Shown here: piece by piece, positions 37,234 to 47,494 of the stretch
How positions within the stretch are numbered: the stretch's first letter is position 1
How the letters are laid out: every line of letters begins with the position of its first letter
Virus record (IMG/VR): IMGVR_UViG_3300033148_006964
Span: 64,001 to 128,000 of that record
DNA length: 64,000 nt
Origin: a virus
Reading direction: 5' to 3' (one strand)
The notes under the pieces: model-generated
The model's database searches: none
What the model saw: the letters and a program-made list of their open reading frames with translations, nothing else
Told to the model about the DNA's origin: nothing
Made by a program: the position numbers and the translations under genes

Positions 37234-39348
37234 TTATGCGTTTAAGAAATTACCTTTTTCAATCTCTTCTTTAGTAAAAGCATCGAACTTACCCTTCCTT
37301 TTAATTTTTGAAATTAAATCTAATTCTTCATTAGTTAATTCCATTTTTTTCCATTCTAATAAAGATTTCATTGAACTTTGTGAAATTGAAAAAAAAGCCA
37401 TTAATTCTCTTATATCAACTTTCTTTTTTAATAAAAGGGTAGCCGCTTTTGAAGAATCGAATTCACGAGATTCAGCAATGTAAAAATCAAGCGCAGCATG
37501 TTCATCTATTGAAATGCGATCAGAACAATTCTTAACAAATTTTTTACAAAGACTGGTTAATCTACTATTTTCAGCTTTATTAGCTTCAATTCTTTTCCAT
37601 GCAGCTTGGCAATCCTCAATATCACTTATTATAAACTTATAAGGATCATCGATATTGTTAATAAAGTTTTTATTAAATAACGGGCATCTTCCGTCCTCAC
37701 CTATATGACAATAATGACAATATTCATTTCTTATTGGTTGGAAAGCTGTACCGTCATCTTTTAACATTTCTTTTTCAATTTTTTGTATTGAATCGTCTAT
37801 CCATTTAAGAGCTCTTTCTTTTGCAGCTTCTACATTTGGGACTTCATATTCAACAGTTTTTCCGTATCTTATGTAATTAATACGTAAGATTATTTTATTG
37901 TATTTATTGTCACCAAGAAGTTTACTTACTAACAATAAATATACAAGCATTTGCATATCTTCCTGAAGTTGGCGTTGTGTCAACATAGTTCTGGACGACT
38001 TATAATCGGTAATTATTACATAATCACCATAATAATCTATTACATCAACTATGCCTCTAAAAAAAGTTTTATTAGAATAGAAGTCTTTTAATCTATTCCA
38101 ATCTTTATCAAATGCTAATTTCATTTCAGTTACATTTACATCGCCTGGAGTAAGCGAAAAATCATGAGTCTTAGCAAATTTATACATAATTACTTTAACA
38201 TCATTAATAATATCAGTATCTATACATTTAAATAAATTTAAAGCATCCTGTATTATAAAATCATATGATTCATAATCAGGCATAGATGGGATCTCGTATG
38301 AATCATGTTTTATATCTTGATCCATCTTATATGTCATATCAGCTAAACCTTTGGTATTTTCAAAGATTTTTTTTATTTCTTTTGGATTATCATATAAAAA
38401 TATTCCAAAATCTTTATTATTAATATCTTTTAAAGGTTTATTAAAATCATTAGAAAGTTCTTTTAAAACTTCAGCGTTTATAGATAATTTTCTTGAATTC
38501 GCAAAAGAAACAAACTTATTAGCAAATAATTCACGATTACACCACTTGCCTGCCCATTCTGCTATTTTATGACAAATTGATCCTGTGGTTAAATAATTTA
38601 TTTGTGGCTGTTTAATCTTTTTAATATATTGCATATACCATTTGAACGGACATTGATTAAATAAATTTATTCTTGAAAACGAATAAGCTTGAGTAGTAAA
38701 CATCTTTCTATCATTTTCATCAGGAATTATTCCCATACTTTTAAAATCACTACTTGATACCATTTGAACATTTTCTTTATCTTTTGAAATCATCATATTA
38801 GTAGTATTAGCCTGTGCAAAAAGAGGAGTTTCTTCATGGCGTTCTTTTTCTTTTGCTTCATTTGCCTTCATTTTTACAAATAACTCTATTGTTTTTTCAG
38901 TATCATATTCAGCACCATGAGATTTAGAGTCGTCCCATTTAATTCCATTTTTTTTACAAGCTGCTTTTAAATTATTTCTACCACGACTTTTTTTACGGCA
39001 CATAACTAATGTATCTTCAATATATTTTGGTTTTATTTTTAAAAATCCAAGATCAAATTTAATTATATTGTGACCAACAAGAGTTCTTTGATTAATAAAC
39101 TTTGCCACTTTCTGATGTACACCGTCTTTAAGATAACTTGGTTCATCTTTTACCATTTCATAAGTAATACCATGAATTTCAGTTACTTTATGAGGTATAT
39201 ATCCAGCAATAGGTCTGCATCTTTGAACTATTCTTTCTCCACAATTTCCATCTAAATCAAATTCTATTGCAGTTACTTCTACAATTTCATCTAATTCAGA
39301 TTGAAGTCCTGTTGTTTCTGTATCTGCAGCTACATAAGGATATCTCAT
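37234..39348 (-). CDS. DnaQ-like DEDDh exonuclease fused to a PD-(D/E)XK (AddB/Cas4-like) nuclease
   Basis: DTETTG, GHN...FD and H.A..D motifs; then SFSR...QCPFKW, GIVDVI...ITDYKS, Q...Y and CHYC...C. Confidence 0.85.
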   Translation of the reverse strand: MRYPYVAADTETTGLQSELDEIVEVTAIEFDLDGNCGERIVQRCRPIAGYIPHKVTEIHGITYEMVKDEPSYLKDGVHQKVAKFINQRTLVGHNIIKFDLGFLKIKPKYIEDTLVMCRKKSRGRNNLKAACKKNGIKWDDSKSHGAEYDTEKTIELFVKMKANEAKEKERHEETPLFAQANTTNMMISKDKENVQMVSSSDFKSMGIIPDENDRKMFTTQAYSFSRINLFNQCPFKWYMQYIKKIKQPQINYLTTGSICHKIAEWAGKWCNRELFANKFVSFANSRKLSINAEVLKELSNDFNKPLKDINNKDFGIFLYDNPKEIKKIFENTKGLADMTYKMDQDIKHDSYEIPSMPDYESYDFIIQDALNLFKCIDTDIINDVKVIMYKFAKTHDFSLTPGDVNVTEMKLAFDKDWNRLKDFYSNKTFFRGIVDVIDYYGDYVIITDYKSSRTMLTQRQLQEDMQMLVYLLLVSKLLGDNKYNKIILRINYIRYGKTVEYEVPNVEAAKERALKWIDDSIQKIEKEMLKDDGTAFQPIRNEYCHYCHIGEDGRCPLFNKNFINNIDDPYKFIISDIEDCQAAWKRIEANKAENSRLTSLCKKFVKNCSDRISIDEHAALDFYIAESREFDSSKAATLLLKKKVDIRELMAFFSISQSSMKSLLEWKKMELTNEELDLISKIKRKGKFDAFTKEEIEKGNFLNA

Positions 39349-39779
39349 TAAAACTCTCCTTCTTTCATATCATTTATAAAGCTTTGAATTTTATCATTTA
39401 AAACTACACATGCCTTAACATCATCAATAGATTTACTAGAACTTATTAGTTTAGACACTCCTGCTAACATAATCACCATTTCCAATTTATTAAAATCAGC
39501 TTTCACATTTGTAACTTCATTCCTTATTGAAACGCCATAACTTTTTTCTATTGAATTTTCAAGTTCTATCACTCTTTCATGAAAATTATTTTTTTCACTA
39601 CTGAGATTAGCGATTTGATTAAAATATTTATCTATAATATTAGTTTTTTGTTTAATTGTTTTGCACAAATCGTTAACATGCTCTTCCTTTTTTTTATTTA
39701 ATAAAATTAATCGTATGCAACTAGCTATAAGATAAATCAAAATTACTATGCTAAAAATTAAAATTAAATTATAAGGCAT
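39348..39779 (-). CDS. Hypothetical protein with an N-terminal transmembrane helix
   Basis: Hydrophobic N-terminus followed by a coiled coil. Confidence 0.7.
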   Translation of the reverse strand: MPYNLILIFSIVILIYLIASCIRLILLNKKKEEHVNDLCKTIKQKTNIIDKYFNQIANLSSEKNNFHERVIELENSIEKSYGVSIRNEVTNVKADFNKLEMVIMLAGVSKLISSSKSIDDVKACVVLNDKIQSFINDMKEGEF

Positions 39780-39790
39780 CTTGTCCCCTT

Positions 39791-40048
39791 TTATTTTAGA
39801 CTATCAAGATAAAAGTTATTTTTTTTTATCTTTTTATTTTTTGTTTTTACACTTATTGTATCGTTATGTTTTATATCTTGAAATGTCTTTAAAATCATAC
39901 TTATAACTACTCCATCAGAATTTTTAGGTTCCCCTAACCATTCAGTGCTATTTTGTAAAAAATCTTTTAAATCAATTTCTTCATTAACTTTTATAACTAA
40001 ATGAAAATTTGCAGATATATTTAAAGTTTTACTTTTTTTATGTGACAC
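39791..40048 (-). CDS. Hypothetical protein
   Basis: GTG start with a GGAGGG RBS. Confidence 0.6.
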   Translation of the reverse strand: MSHKKSKTLNISANFHLVIKVNEEIDLKDFLQNSTEWLGEPKNSDGVVISMILKTFQDIKHNDTISVKTKNKKIKKNNFYLDSLK

Positions 40049-40068
40049 TTTGTCCCTCCATATTATAA

Positions 40069-40715
40069 TGATATGGGCGTGAATTTACGCCCATATCAAC
40101 CACAACTCGATAGATACATAAATAATTCTTGTAAAAGTTCGGTGCTAGTGTCGAAAATATTATTGTGCGATCTTTTTTGAGCGCAAAATATTTTCGACAA
40201 CAGGCGCAAGAACTATTACAATTATTATGTTATGCATTAATACTAATGCATACATTTGGTGAAACACCAAACAAAATACTTGTGGAAAAATATAACTAAA
40301 GATAGAGAATTCCGAATAGGTAAATCAGGTTCTTCTCTAGGAGCTTCATCCATTGGCTGAGGAGATGTTTTTCCTCTTCATTTGCGATCGATAAAATCGA
40401 AGCAAATGAAGAAGGTCCAACATCTACTAAGACTCCTGGATGAGCTCACTAGGAAGTACCGGCCAATTTACCGTCCAGTTAAAACATGCAATGCTGATGA
40501 AACATCAGCTAACATTCTTATATTATGCTCCACTTTAACAAACACAACTAAAATTGATATATGATAAAACCCAATGTTACAACGGTCCAGCTCCGTCAAT
40601 ACCGACGGGCTGGAAGCCGGCAAGGTATTGCGGGCGCGGACCTTGTAACGTTTGGATTTTTACAGATCCAATTATTTTGCAATATTCTTGTCGAAACAAC
40701 AAGTTAATTCTTGTG
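40069..40715. ncRNA. Candidate large structured ncRNA (alternatively a replication origin)
   Basis: At least eight hairpins or rods in about 650 nt of non-coding DNA; family not recognised; strand unresolved. Confidence 0.5.
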
Positions 40716-40719
40716 TTCT

Positions 40720-41826
40720 TTAGCTTTTAGCGTCATCCCCTTCTTCATCTAACAGAGCATTACTTGCTTCTAGTTTTACATCATTTCCAATATTTTTATC
40801 GGAATCTTCTGTAACTTCAGCTTCGTCAGAGTTGCTATCTGCTTCACTTGGAAAGTTTATAGCTAATTCTTTTTGATCATCAAGTTCCATAGGAACTGGA
40901 GTGTCAAGATCTGCGTTATCACCAACAGATTCTATTAATTTTGCACCAGCGTTAACTAACATGTTAACTTCGCCTTGAGCACCTGGTAGTAGAGCACTTT
41001 TACTTTTCTTTAAAAAGCCTCTTTTAATTGGTTCCATTATCATCGCGGTAAATTTAGGAGATGGTTTTAAATCTGTAATAAAAACGTCTTTACCACCAGA
41101 TTTTACCTTTTTATGTATAAGCATAAATTCTGCACCAAACAACCCTTCAAATGGAATGCTTTTATCAGCCTCTTGCTGTTTAACGGCATGGGCCGCACAT
41201 GTTAATGACCACAATTGATTTAACGCTGATTCTATGCCCATTATAGTATTAATAGATCTTGTTTCAAATCTATATGGGTTTGGATTTAAGTCAATTGATG
41301 GAAAACATTTTAACAATCCTACATGTTTGCATTTACCAGCTTTAAAATCTGGGCATTCTTTATATGGGCATCCAGTATTACCGTTAAATTCTCTAGTAAC
41401 CCATTTGCGCTTACCATCTGGATCAAATTCTAAAAATTTTGCCGGAGTATTTTCTCCATAACTTTTACAAAGAAGTCCTTCTGTTTTGGAATACATAGAT
41501 AATGAACTTTCCCACATCTCTTCAATAGTCTTGTATAAACTAACTACCTGAAGACATCTTGGAGATTTAGATCCATTATTATGTTTTTCTAATGCCTCTT
41601 GAACATCTTTATTTAATACCCATTCTTTTACTGCTTCTGGTGTTTGAGCAGTTCCAACTCTTTTGGTTTTTGTTATTTCTACTAACATTCTAAAAAATCC
41701 TGCTGCTACTGGATGGTTCGTGTTATTAGAACCTTCCCCAGCAGCAAAACCTGCACTTATTTTACCACGATATTTAGTAATTTGATTTATAATACCATCT
41801 TTATCGTGCGTAAGTCCCTTTATCAA
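40720..41826 (-). CDS. Recombination directionality factor (gp3)-like protein
   Basis: GKISAG...FF, LLCKSYG, CPYKEC...CK and F.TRSINT motifs recalled from this family; acidic tail. Confidence 0.5.
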   Translation of the reverse strand: MIKGLTHDKDGIINQITKYRGKISAGFAAGEGSNNTNHPVAAGFFRMLVEITKTKRVGTAQTPEAVKEWVLNKDVQEALEKHNNGSKSPRCLQVVSLYKTIEEMWESSLSMYSKTEGLLCKSYGENTPAKFLEFDPDGKRKWVTREFNGNTGCPYKECPDFKAGKCKHVGLLKCFPSIDLNPNPYRFETRSINTIMGIESALNQLWSLTCAAHAVKQQEADKSIPFEGLFGAEFMLIHKKVKSGGKDVFITDLKPSPKFTAMIMEPIKRGFLKKSKSALLPGAQGEVNMLVNAGAKLIESVGDNADLDTPVPMELDDQKELAINFPSEADSNSDEAEVTEDSDKNIGNDVKLEASNALLDEEGDDAKS

Positions 41827-41852
41827 CTAAAACCTCCTTAATTGGTTTAAAA

Positions 41853-42608
41853 TTAATAATCCGGAGTTCCATCTTCCTCCATATGTGAAACATCAATTAC
41901 AGTTGACGCCATATCACTTGCTGCATCTTCTTCATTAGCGGCGTTATTAGCAACAGCGTCTTCTGTAGGTTGAACTACTTCAGAGTTTTCTTCTGATTTT
42001 TCAACTATATATGATACACTTTTATCGCCAGGCATTGCTTTAGATAGGCTTTTAATCTGATATTGCGATTTTCCTTCATATAAAGTTTCATCAATGACAG
42101 CCATAACTTCTTGATTCATTTTGTGCTCTTTTACAAGCTCAAACTTATCATCAACTTCTTTGTATTCTGTTACTAAGTGATCTTCAACCCAACCAATATT
42201 ACCAACATCAATTGAATCAAGACCAGTAAGAGCTACTAATTGAGGCTTCATAAGCCTTACTGTGTTTCCAACCTTTTCTTTCGTAGCGCCTTTTGCTGGA
42301 GTTAAAACAATATTATGAAACACTGTTGATCCAGCTGAAACTAAATCAGTTCCATCTACAACTGCTAAAGATAATTGCAACATCAAAGCTTTTGTCTTTT
42401 TAGCAATAGTTAATTTTGGAAACATATCCATCTCTTTAGTATCTTTATTACGCCACGCAAAAGATCTGGCTTTTACACGATATCGCCCAGGAACCTCTAT
42501 TTTTTGTGGAGTTCCTTCTGAACTTGCTTGATCAGTGGTAGTTCTGATCTCTTTTCTGTCTTCCTCGGTAAGACTGTCAAAATGGTCTCTAATTGTACCA
42601 TCAATCAT
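41853..42608 (-). CDS. Putative ssDNA-binding protein (DUF669-like)
   Basis: PGRYRVK N-terminal motif, acidic C-terminal tail, position beside the primase-helicase. Confidence 0.5.
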   Translation of the reverse strand: MIDGTIRDHFDSLTEEDRKEIRTTTDQASSEGTPQKIEVPGRYRVKARSFAWRNKDTKEMDMFPKLTIAKKTKALMLQLSLAVVDGTDLVSAGSTVFHNIVLTPAKGATKEKVGNTVRLMKPQLVALTGLDSIDVGNIGWVEDHLVTEYKEVDDKFELVKEHKMNQEVMAVIDETLYEGKSQYQIKSLSKAMPGDKSVSYIVEKSEENSEVVQPTEDAVANNAANEEDAASDMASTVIDVSHMEEDGTPDY

Positions 42609-42676
42609 AATACTCCCTTGTTAAGTTAAAAGATTGCTACTATTATTGTTATTACAAGTTATCCCTCTAAATCACA

Positions 42677-43273
42677 TCAAAAAGGCAGGTCACCTTCAGC
42701 AATATATTCGGAAGGCTCTTCATCACACAATACAATAGTTTCATGCTGTGAAATCTCATCTTTTGTATCTATAGCCGTTTGACCTAACCTTTCAAAATCT
42801 ATATCTATAATTTGAATAGGATATGGATAATTTTTTTGCCACATTCCAAACTCTATACGAACAGGCTCCATTGTAACACCTATTGGTTTAGGATCAAATA
42901 TAGCTAATTTATTTATAATATCTTCAGGGACTTTTGGTAACAAAGTCATATTTTTTATTTCTTTATCTGTTGGACTTAACATTCTTAACATATACTGTAT
43001 AAACCAATCATGCTTTTTTCTTTCTATTTGAAAAACTCCATGCAATAATAGATATTTTCTTAATGCTGGAACTTGTTTAAAAATAGAATCTAAAATTAAT
43101 TCTCTTTTAGAATCAAAATTATGAATTGCTAAAAGAAAAACTTCAAATTGATCAGATAGATTTTTATATTCTTTACACCATCCAATTTCGATAAAAAAGT
43201 CACATAACGATTTAAGTTCATTCATTTTCCATTTACTTATACTAACTTGCGTTCCGCTTCTCAAGCTTGCCAT
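42677..43273 (-). CDS. Hypothetical protein
   Basis: ATG at 43273 with a GAGG RBS is preferred to the longer overlapping track start. Confidence 0.6.
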   Translation of the reverse strand: MASLRSGTQVSISKWKMNELKSLCDFFIEIGWCKEYKNLSDQFEVFLLAIHNFDSKRELILDSIFKQVPALRKYLLLHGVFQIERKKHDWFIQYMLRMLSPTDKEIKNMTLLPKVPEDIINKLAIFDPKPIGVTMEPVRIEFGMWQKNYPYPIQIIDIDFERLGQTAIDTKDEISQHETIVLCDEEPSEYIAEGDLPF

Positions 43274-46200
43274 CGCCCTCGCTAAGTATTTTTGCAGTTT
43301 CAATGATCTTAAGATGAGGTTCACTCGCTGTAAGTTCGAGGATATCAGATTGTTCGGCATTATCTCCCTCCTTCAATCTTTTTTCTAGCCAATTATTAAA
43401 CATTTTAGTCTTTTTATATCGACCATGTTTTGTACGTACAATACAATTCCTCGTGATTAAAGTACTTATTAATTTTTGAGATGCGTCACCTATAAACATA
43501 TCATTTGATTTAATTTCATCTGAATTAGCATTTACCATATATATAGTTCTATCTGCAACTCTACATAAATAGTCAATAAATACTTGCTTAATCCCACCAT
43601 CCGTAAGGTCTTCATCTTTAAATAGAATATCTATATTTATATATTTCAAAATATTCATCATAAATCTCATATCACCTAATGTTTCTGCTTTGCGTTTCAT
43701 TACAGAATAACTATCTAATTTCATATTAGGATGACAATATAATTCATTTAAAAATTCAACTATATAAGCTACATGCTCTTTTGTAACACTTACCTTATCC
43801 CAATCATTTGGCATATGAGAGTATAAAAGAGTAGCTAAAGACACCGACAATCTAACAAGTTTAGCTCGCATTTCTTGATTAATAAGTTCTGTTGATGAAT
43901 GAAATTTTTTAAGTAATTTTATATGAGCTTCATTAATATACTCTTCAAGACCTTCTTCAAAAATAAAATCTTCAGGTTTTCTGGAGTATGCCCACATAAT
44001 AAGATGTCTACATTGAAATTCAGTAAACTCAGTTGCTATAGGTTTATAAGAAGACGCAAAATCATTACTAGAAATATCATCTCTTCTAACTACAAAACCA
44101 AGATCAAATCTAGATAAAACCTCACTCTTATAACACAAGTCTTTTAAAAAATTAATACCATAACTATATCCTTCTTCTGTATCATCATGCATTACACGTT
44201 TGTTAGATAACATAATTTTCCTGGTACGTGCAGGTGACTTTCCAGATACAATTTTATTTATTTCAGCTATTCCACTTGATCTCATAGGAGTTAAATCATT
44301 AAGTTGATTTATGCTCAGATTCGCAAGTTCGTCTATAGTTAAAAGGCCGCCATCATTCATAGGTATTTTTCCCCATTTAATGGCATTTTGATTCATAAAT
44401 TTAACTATGCCTCCTAACAATCCAGTTCGTGCTACAGCATCAGAACAATCAACCTTTTCACCTATCTTATAATGATTATGGAAAAAATCAGCTACCAACG
44501 TCTTGCCGCAACGTGAGTCTCCAGCCACAATCGACTCTACCCATCCTCTAGTTACATTTGGAAGTAACCTTTTATTTCTAATTTCAATTGGAGAAAAGAA
44601 TGTTAAATCAAGCATCGCTATAAGTTCTCGACGCCCATCCAGCCCAATAGCGTTTCCAAACGCTTCATATCTTTTATATAAATGCTTTTTTATTGACTCA
44701 CCTTTAGCTGGCCTGAACACTTGAAACAGATCATGCGTTTTTTGATCCATTTGAAATTTTTCAATAGATGTAGCAATAGGTTCTGCTTCATCTAAAAACA
44801 ATACTACATATTGTCCATTCCAGGCGGTAGTTTGAATACCTTTAAAAATATAAGATTTATTTGGATACAAATCCTGTTCACCAATCATATAAGCATGAAT
44901 ATTAATATCAGATATTCCTGTTTTTTGAATATTTGTTTTCTTAAACTCAAATTCTTCAACATCTCTTGCAAGTTCAACATGAGATATTTTTTGTGGATTA
45001 AAATTTACTAATTTTACAAAAGGACAAGTCTTTGGTATTCTTAATAATTTTTTTTGCTGAGTATCCATATCTCTTGCTGGCGTCTCAATCATACCAAGAA
45101 TATCGTGTTCACTAAGCTCTATCATGTGAGGATTTTTTGTAACCGTTGGGTGAGTTCCTGCTCTAACAAAATTAAATACTACAGGTTGTTTTGCATCAAA
45201 TTCAGGCATACATGATAATACGCAATTACTACAACTTCTACGTCTTTCATTTTCATAATCTAATAAATTACATGTAGCTTTACATTTAGTCCAGTAAAAA
45301 TAAGATCTACTATCAAAATTAGAAACAGAAGCTATAAGTTCTAATTTTATATTACCATTTGGAGAATAATATTTTGCAGTTCTAGCCTCTTGAAGAGTAA
45401 CTTTACAATTTTTACAATCTTTTCTAGAAAAATCTTCTGTATATACAGGAGTGTCTTTAATTAATTGTAAATATCTACTTAGCGCTTGACTTTCATCAAA
45501 ACCATTTTTTTTCATAAAATCAGTAAAATCTGTTTCTTTTCTTTTTTGTTTTCCATTTACTTCTTTCATTAATTCTGGATCTAATCCATATTTATTAATA
45601 TCAGACTTATCAAGATCAATTATTTTAATTTGCTTAGCAAATGGATATAAAGAGTGAGCTAATTTTAAAGCACCATCTCTTCCAGCTTTATCTGAATCAA
45701 AACAAATAACAAAATCTTTATTACCAAATAAAGCTTGGCATTCTTTTTTGCTAAACATTTTTAAAATATTAGTAATAGACTTAGATCCCATTGTTACCGC
45801 ACCATCAATGCCAAACGCTAAAGCACAATAAGCATCAGGTTCACCTTCAAAAAATGTTATATGAGAAGCCATTAAACTACCTATAGGGGTAGCCTTCATA
45901 TCACGCCCTCTATGCTTATGCACCCATTTATAGGCTTGATTTGTATTCCATGGATCATATGATTTAAGATTAACTAGATCGCCATTACCATCTATAATAG
46001 GAAAAACAATTCTACGACGTTCATCAAGACCTATTTGATATTTATTAATCAAATCTATAGTAATATTTCTGGTGTTGTTTAAATACAACAACCGATCTTC
46101 ATCTTTAAGGAGTCTTTTAACACATACATCTAACTCTGACATTGGAGACGTGTTCATTTTTTTTACTAGATCTGCTAATTCTGATGGTAGTATGTAAGGT

Positions 46201-46658
46201 TTTCCTGTTTTTTGATAGTATTCGCTTTGAATAGAATCGTATAATTTTTGTATATTTTCACAATCATCTTCAAAGTTTGGATCATCTTTATTTGTTGGAA
46301 TGTCTTTAAATGTATTTTGAAGATTACAAAAATCAATAACGAAATCAGTATAATGTTCTCCGTATTCTCCACCCTTAAGATAATCACTCCAGTATGACTG
46401 GAAATTACCAGATATGCCGCAAGTGAAACATTGCCACTTGCCTGTATTATTATCAACTGATAATGAAGGGAAAGTATCAACTCCATCATTGTGGCCACCA
46501 GTATTCCAACAGTAAAAATTCCCGTCTCCCTTTTGTCGCCACCCCAACCTTTGATATACACTATGGAATTGATTTTCCATTGCTATTTGAGCTGCTGCGA
46601 ATAATGATTTTAGAGCGTCTTTTTTTACATGATACTTTCTAGTACTTTTGTTATTCAT
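43242..46658 (-). CDS. Primase (CHC2 Zn finger + TOPRIM) fused to an MCM-family helicase
   Basis: C...H.D..PS...CFTCG; FEGEPD and FDSDKAG; GDSRCGKT; GKIPMNDGGLLTIDE; SRFDL arginine finger. Confidence 0.85.
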   Translation of the reverse strand: MNNKSTRKYHVKKDALKSLFAAAQIAMENQFHSVYQRLGWRQKGDGNFYCWNTGGHNDGVDTFPSLSVDNNTGKWQCFTCGISGNFQSYWSDYLKGGEYGEHYTDFVIDFCNLQNTFKDIPTNKDDPNFEDDCENIQKLYDSIQSEYYQKTGKPYILPSELADLVKKMNTSPMSELDVCVKRLLKDEDRLLYLNNTRNITIDLINKYQIGLDERRRIVFPIIDGNGDLVNLKSYDPWNTNQAYKWVHKHRGRDMKATPIGSLMASHITFFEGEPDAYCALAFGIDGAVTMGSKSITNILKMFSKKECQALFGNKDFVICFDSDKAGRDGALKLAHSLYPFAKQIKIIDLDKSDINKYGLDPELMKEVNGKQKRKETDFTDFMKKNGFDESQALSRYLQLIKDTPVYTEDFSRKDCKNCKVTLQEARTAKYYSPNGNIKLELIASVSNFDSRSYFYWTKCKATCNLLDYENERRRSCSNCVLSCMPEFDAKQPVVFNFVRAGTHPTVTKNPHMIELSEHDILGMIETPARDMDTQQKKLLRIPKTCPFVKLVNFNPQKISHVELARDVEEFEFKKTNIQKTGISDINIHAYMIGEQDLYPNKSYIFKGIQTTAWNGQYVVLFLDEAEPIATSIEKFQMDQKTHDLFQVFRPAKGESIKKHLYKRYEAFGNAIGLDGRRELIAMLDLTFFSPIEIRNKRLLPNVTRGWVESIVAGDSRCGKTLVADFFHNHYKIGEKVDCSDAVARTGLLGGIVKFMNQNAIKWGKIPMNDGGLLTIDELANLSINQLNDLTPMRSSGIAEINKIVSGKSPARTRKIMLSNKRVMHDDTEEGYSYGINFLKDLCYKSEVLSRFDLGFVVRRDDISSNDFASSYKPIATEFTEFQCRHLIMWAYSRKPEDFIFEEGLEEYINEAHIKLLKKFHSSTELINQEMRAKLVRLSVSLATLLYSHMPNDWDKVSVTKEHVAYIVEFLNELYCHPNMKLDSYSVMKRKAETLGDMRFMMNILKYINIDILFKDEDLTDGGIKQVFIDYLCRVADRTIYMVNANSDEIKSNDMFIGDASQKLISTLITRNCIVRTKHGRYKKTKMFNNWLEKRLKEGDNAEQSDILELTASEPHLKIIETAKILSEGDGKLEKRNAS

Positions 46659-46708
46659 ACGACTGCCTTCCTGAAAAAAAATATCCTTATATAAAATAAG
46701 GATATTAA

Positions 46709-47038
46709 TTATAAAATATTACTTAATAAATCTTCATTATTATTATCGGTCTCGTAATTGTCTTGATCGTCATCTGAGGTTATATCATTAAGATTTGGAG
46801 TTATATCTGGTAACTTTTTTTTAGATTCTTCACTTTCAGGGATTAGCATTGCATAACTTTTCATTGGTCTACACATTATATTTTTAGTATTTTTTCTTTC
46901 TATTGCCAACACCAATACAACTACTTTTTCTATTTTTATTGCGATTTCACAAGCTCCTGCAAAACCAGCAGCTTCATGCAGTTCGCATTGAACCCCATTA
47001 GAGAGTTCGATTTTAAATAACATTGTATCTGCCGCCAT
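46709..47038 (-). CDS. Hypothetical protein
   Basis: 109-aa ORF with an acidic tail. Confidence 0.65.
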   Translation of the reverse strand: MAADTMLFKIELSNGVQCELHEAAGFAGACEIAIKIEKVVVLVLAIERKNTKNIMCRPMKSYAMLIPESEESKKKLPDITPNLNDITSDDDQDNYETDNNNEDLLSNIL

Positions 47039-47243
47039 AATTGTCTTGCCTTCTTTGAAGATGTATTAAATATAGCATTAATTTATGATTATTTCAATCA
47101 CAATATGTAGGATGTTTTTACCGTTTGTAAATAAAAAAGTATTTTAATTACTACTTATTTAACATGTTTAAACACAACGCAATGTACATAGCTACATTTT
47201 ATGTCTAACATATGGTACCACTATATATAGATATTTTTATTTT

Positions 47244-47477
47244 TTATTTTTTAAGGGATTCTAAACTTTTTTTAGCACTTTCTTTTACTATATTTAAAAA
47301 TTCTTCTTTTAAAGAGCCATTACTGAATATTATATCAGATGGGTCTAATATGTAAAGCTTTGTTGCTAAAATAATATTAAGCCTTGAAGAGTCTTTGTTA
47401 GCATTTATTAATTTATTCATTTGTTCTCTGAGTGAATTATTTTGTCTTAATAGCTCACGTCTTGATATTTTGTTCAT
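47244..47477 (-). CDS. Hypothetical protein
   Basis: 77-aa ORF with an AGGA RBS. Confidence 0.6.
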   Translation of the reverse strand: MNKISRRELLRQNNSLREQMNKLINANKDSSRLNIILATKLYILDPSDIIFSNGSLKEEFLNIVKESAKKSLESLKK

Positions 47478-47494
47478 AAAACATTTCCTTTTTG

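Noticed and set aside
37234-39348. CRISPR adaptation module (Cas4/DnaQ)
   Set aside because: No cas1, cas2 or array in the window; replication/recombination context is sufficient.
40493-40509. Hammerhead ribozyme (CTGATGA)
   Set aside because: The motif is one arm of a simple hairpin; no stem II or three-way junction can be drawn.
40382-40564. 60-aa + strand ORF
   Set aside because: Lies within the paired rod, has no RBS, and is better explained by RNA or DNA structure.
40571-40654. SRP (4.5S) RNA; also considered for 63906-63972
   Set aside because: A GGAA loop or AGCAG element appears, but the paired CAGG/AGCA symmetric loop is missing in both.
40100-40715. tmRNA or RNase P RNA
   Set aside because: GTTTCGAC and an ANEE-like frame are present, but there are no tRNA-like acceptor or T-arm ends, no ALAA-type tag, and no RNase P P4 consensus.
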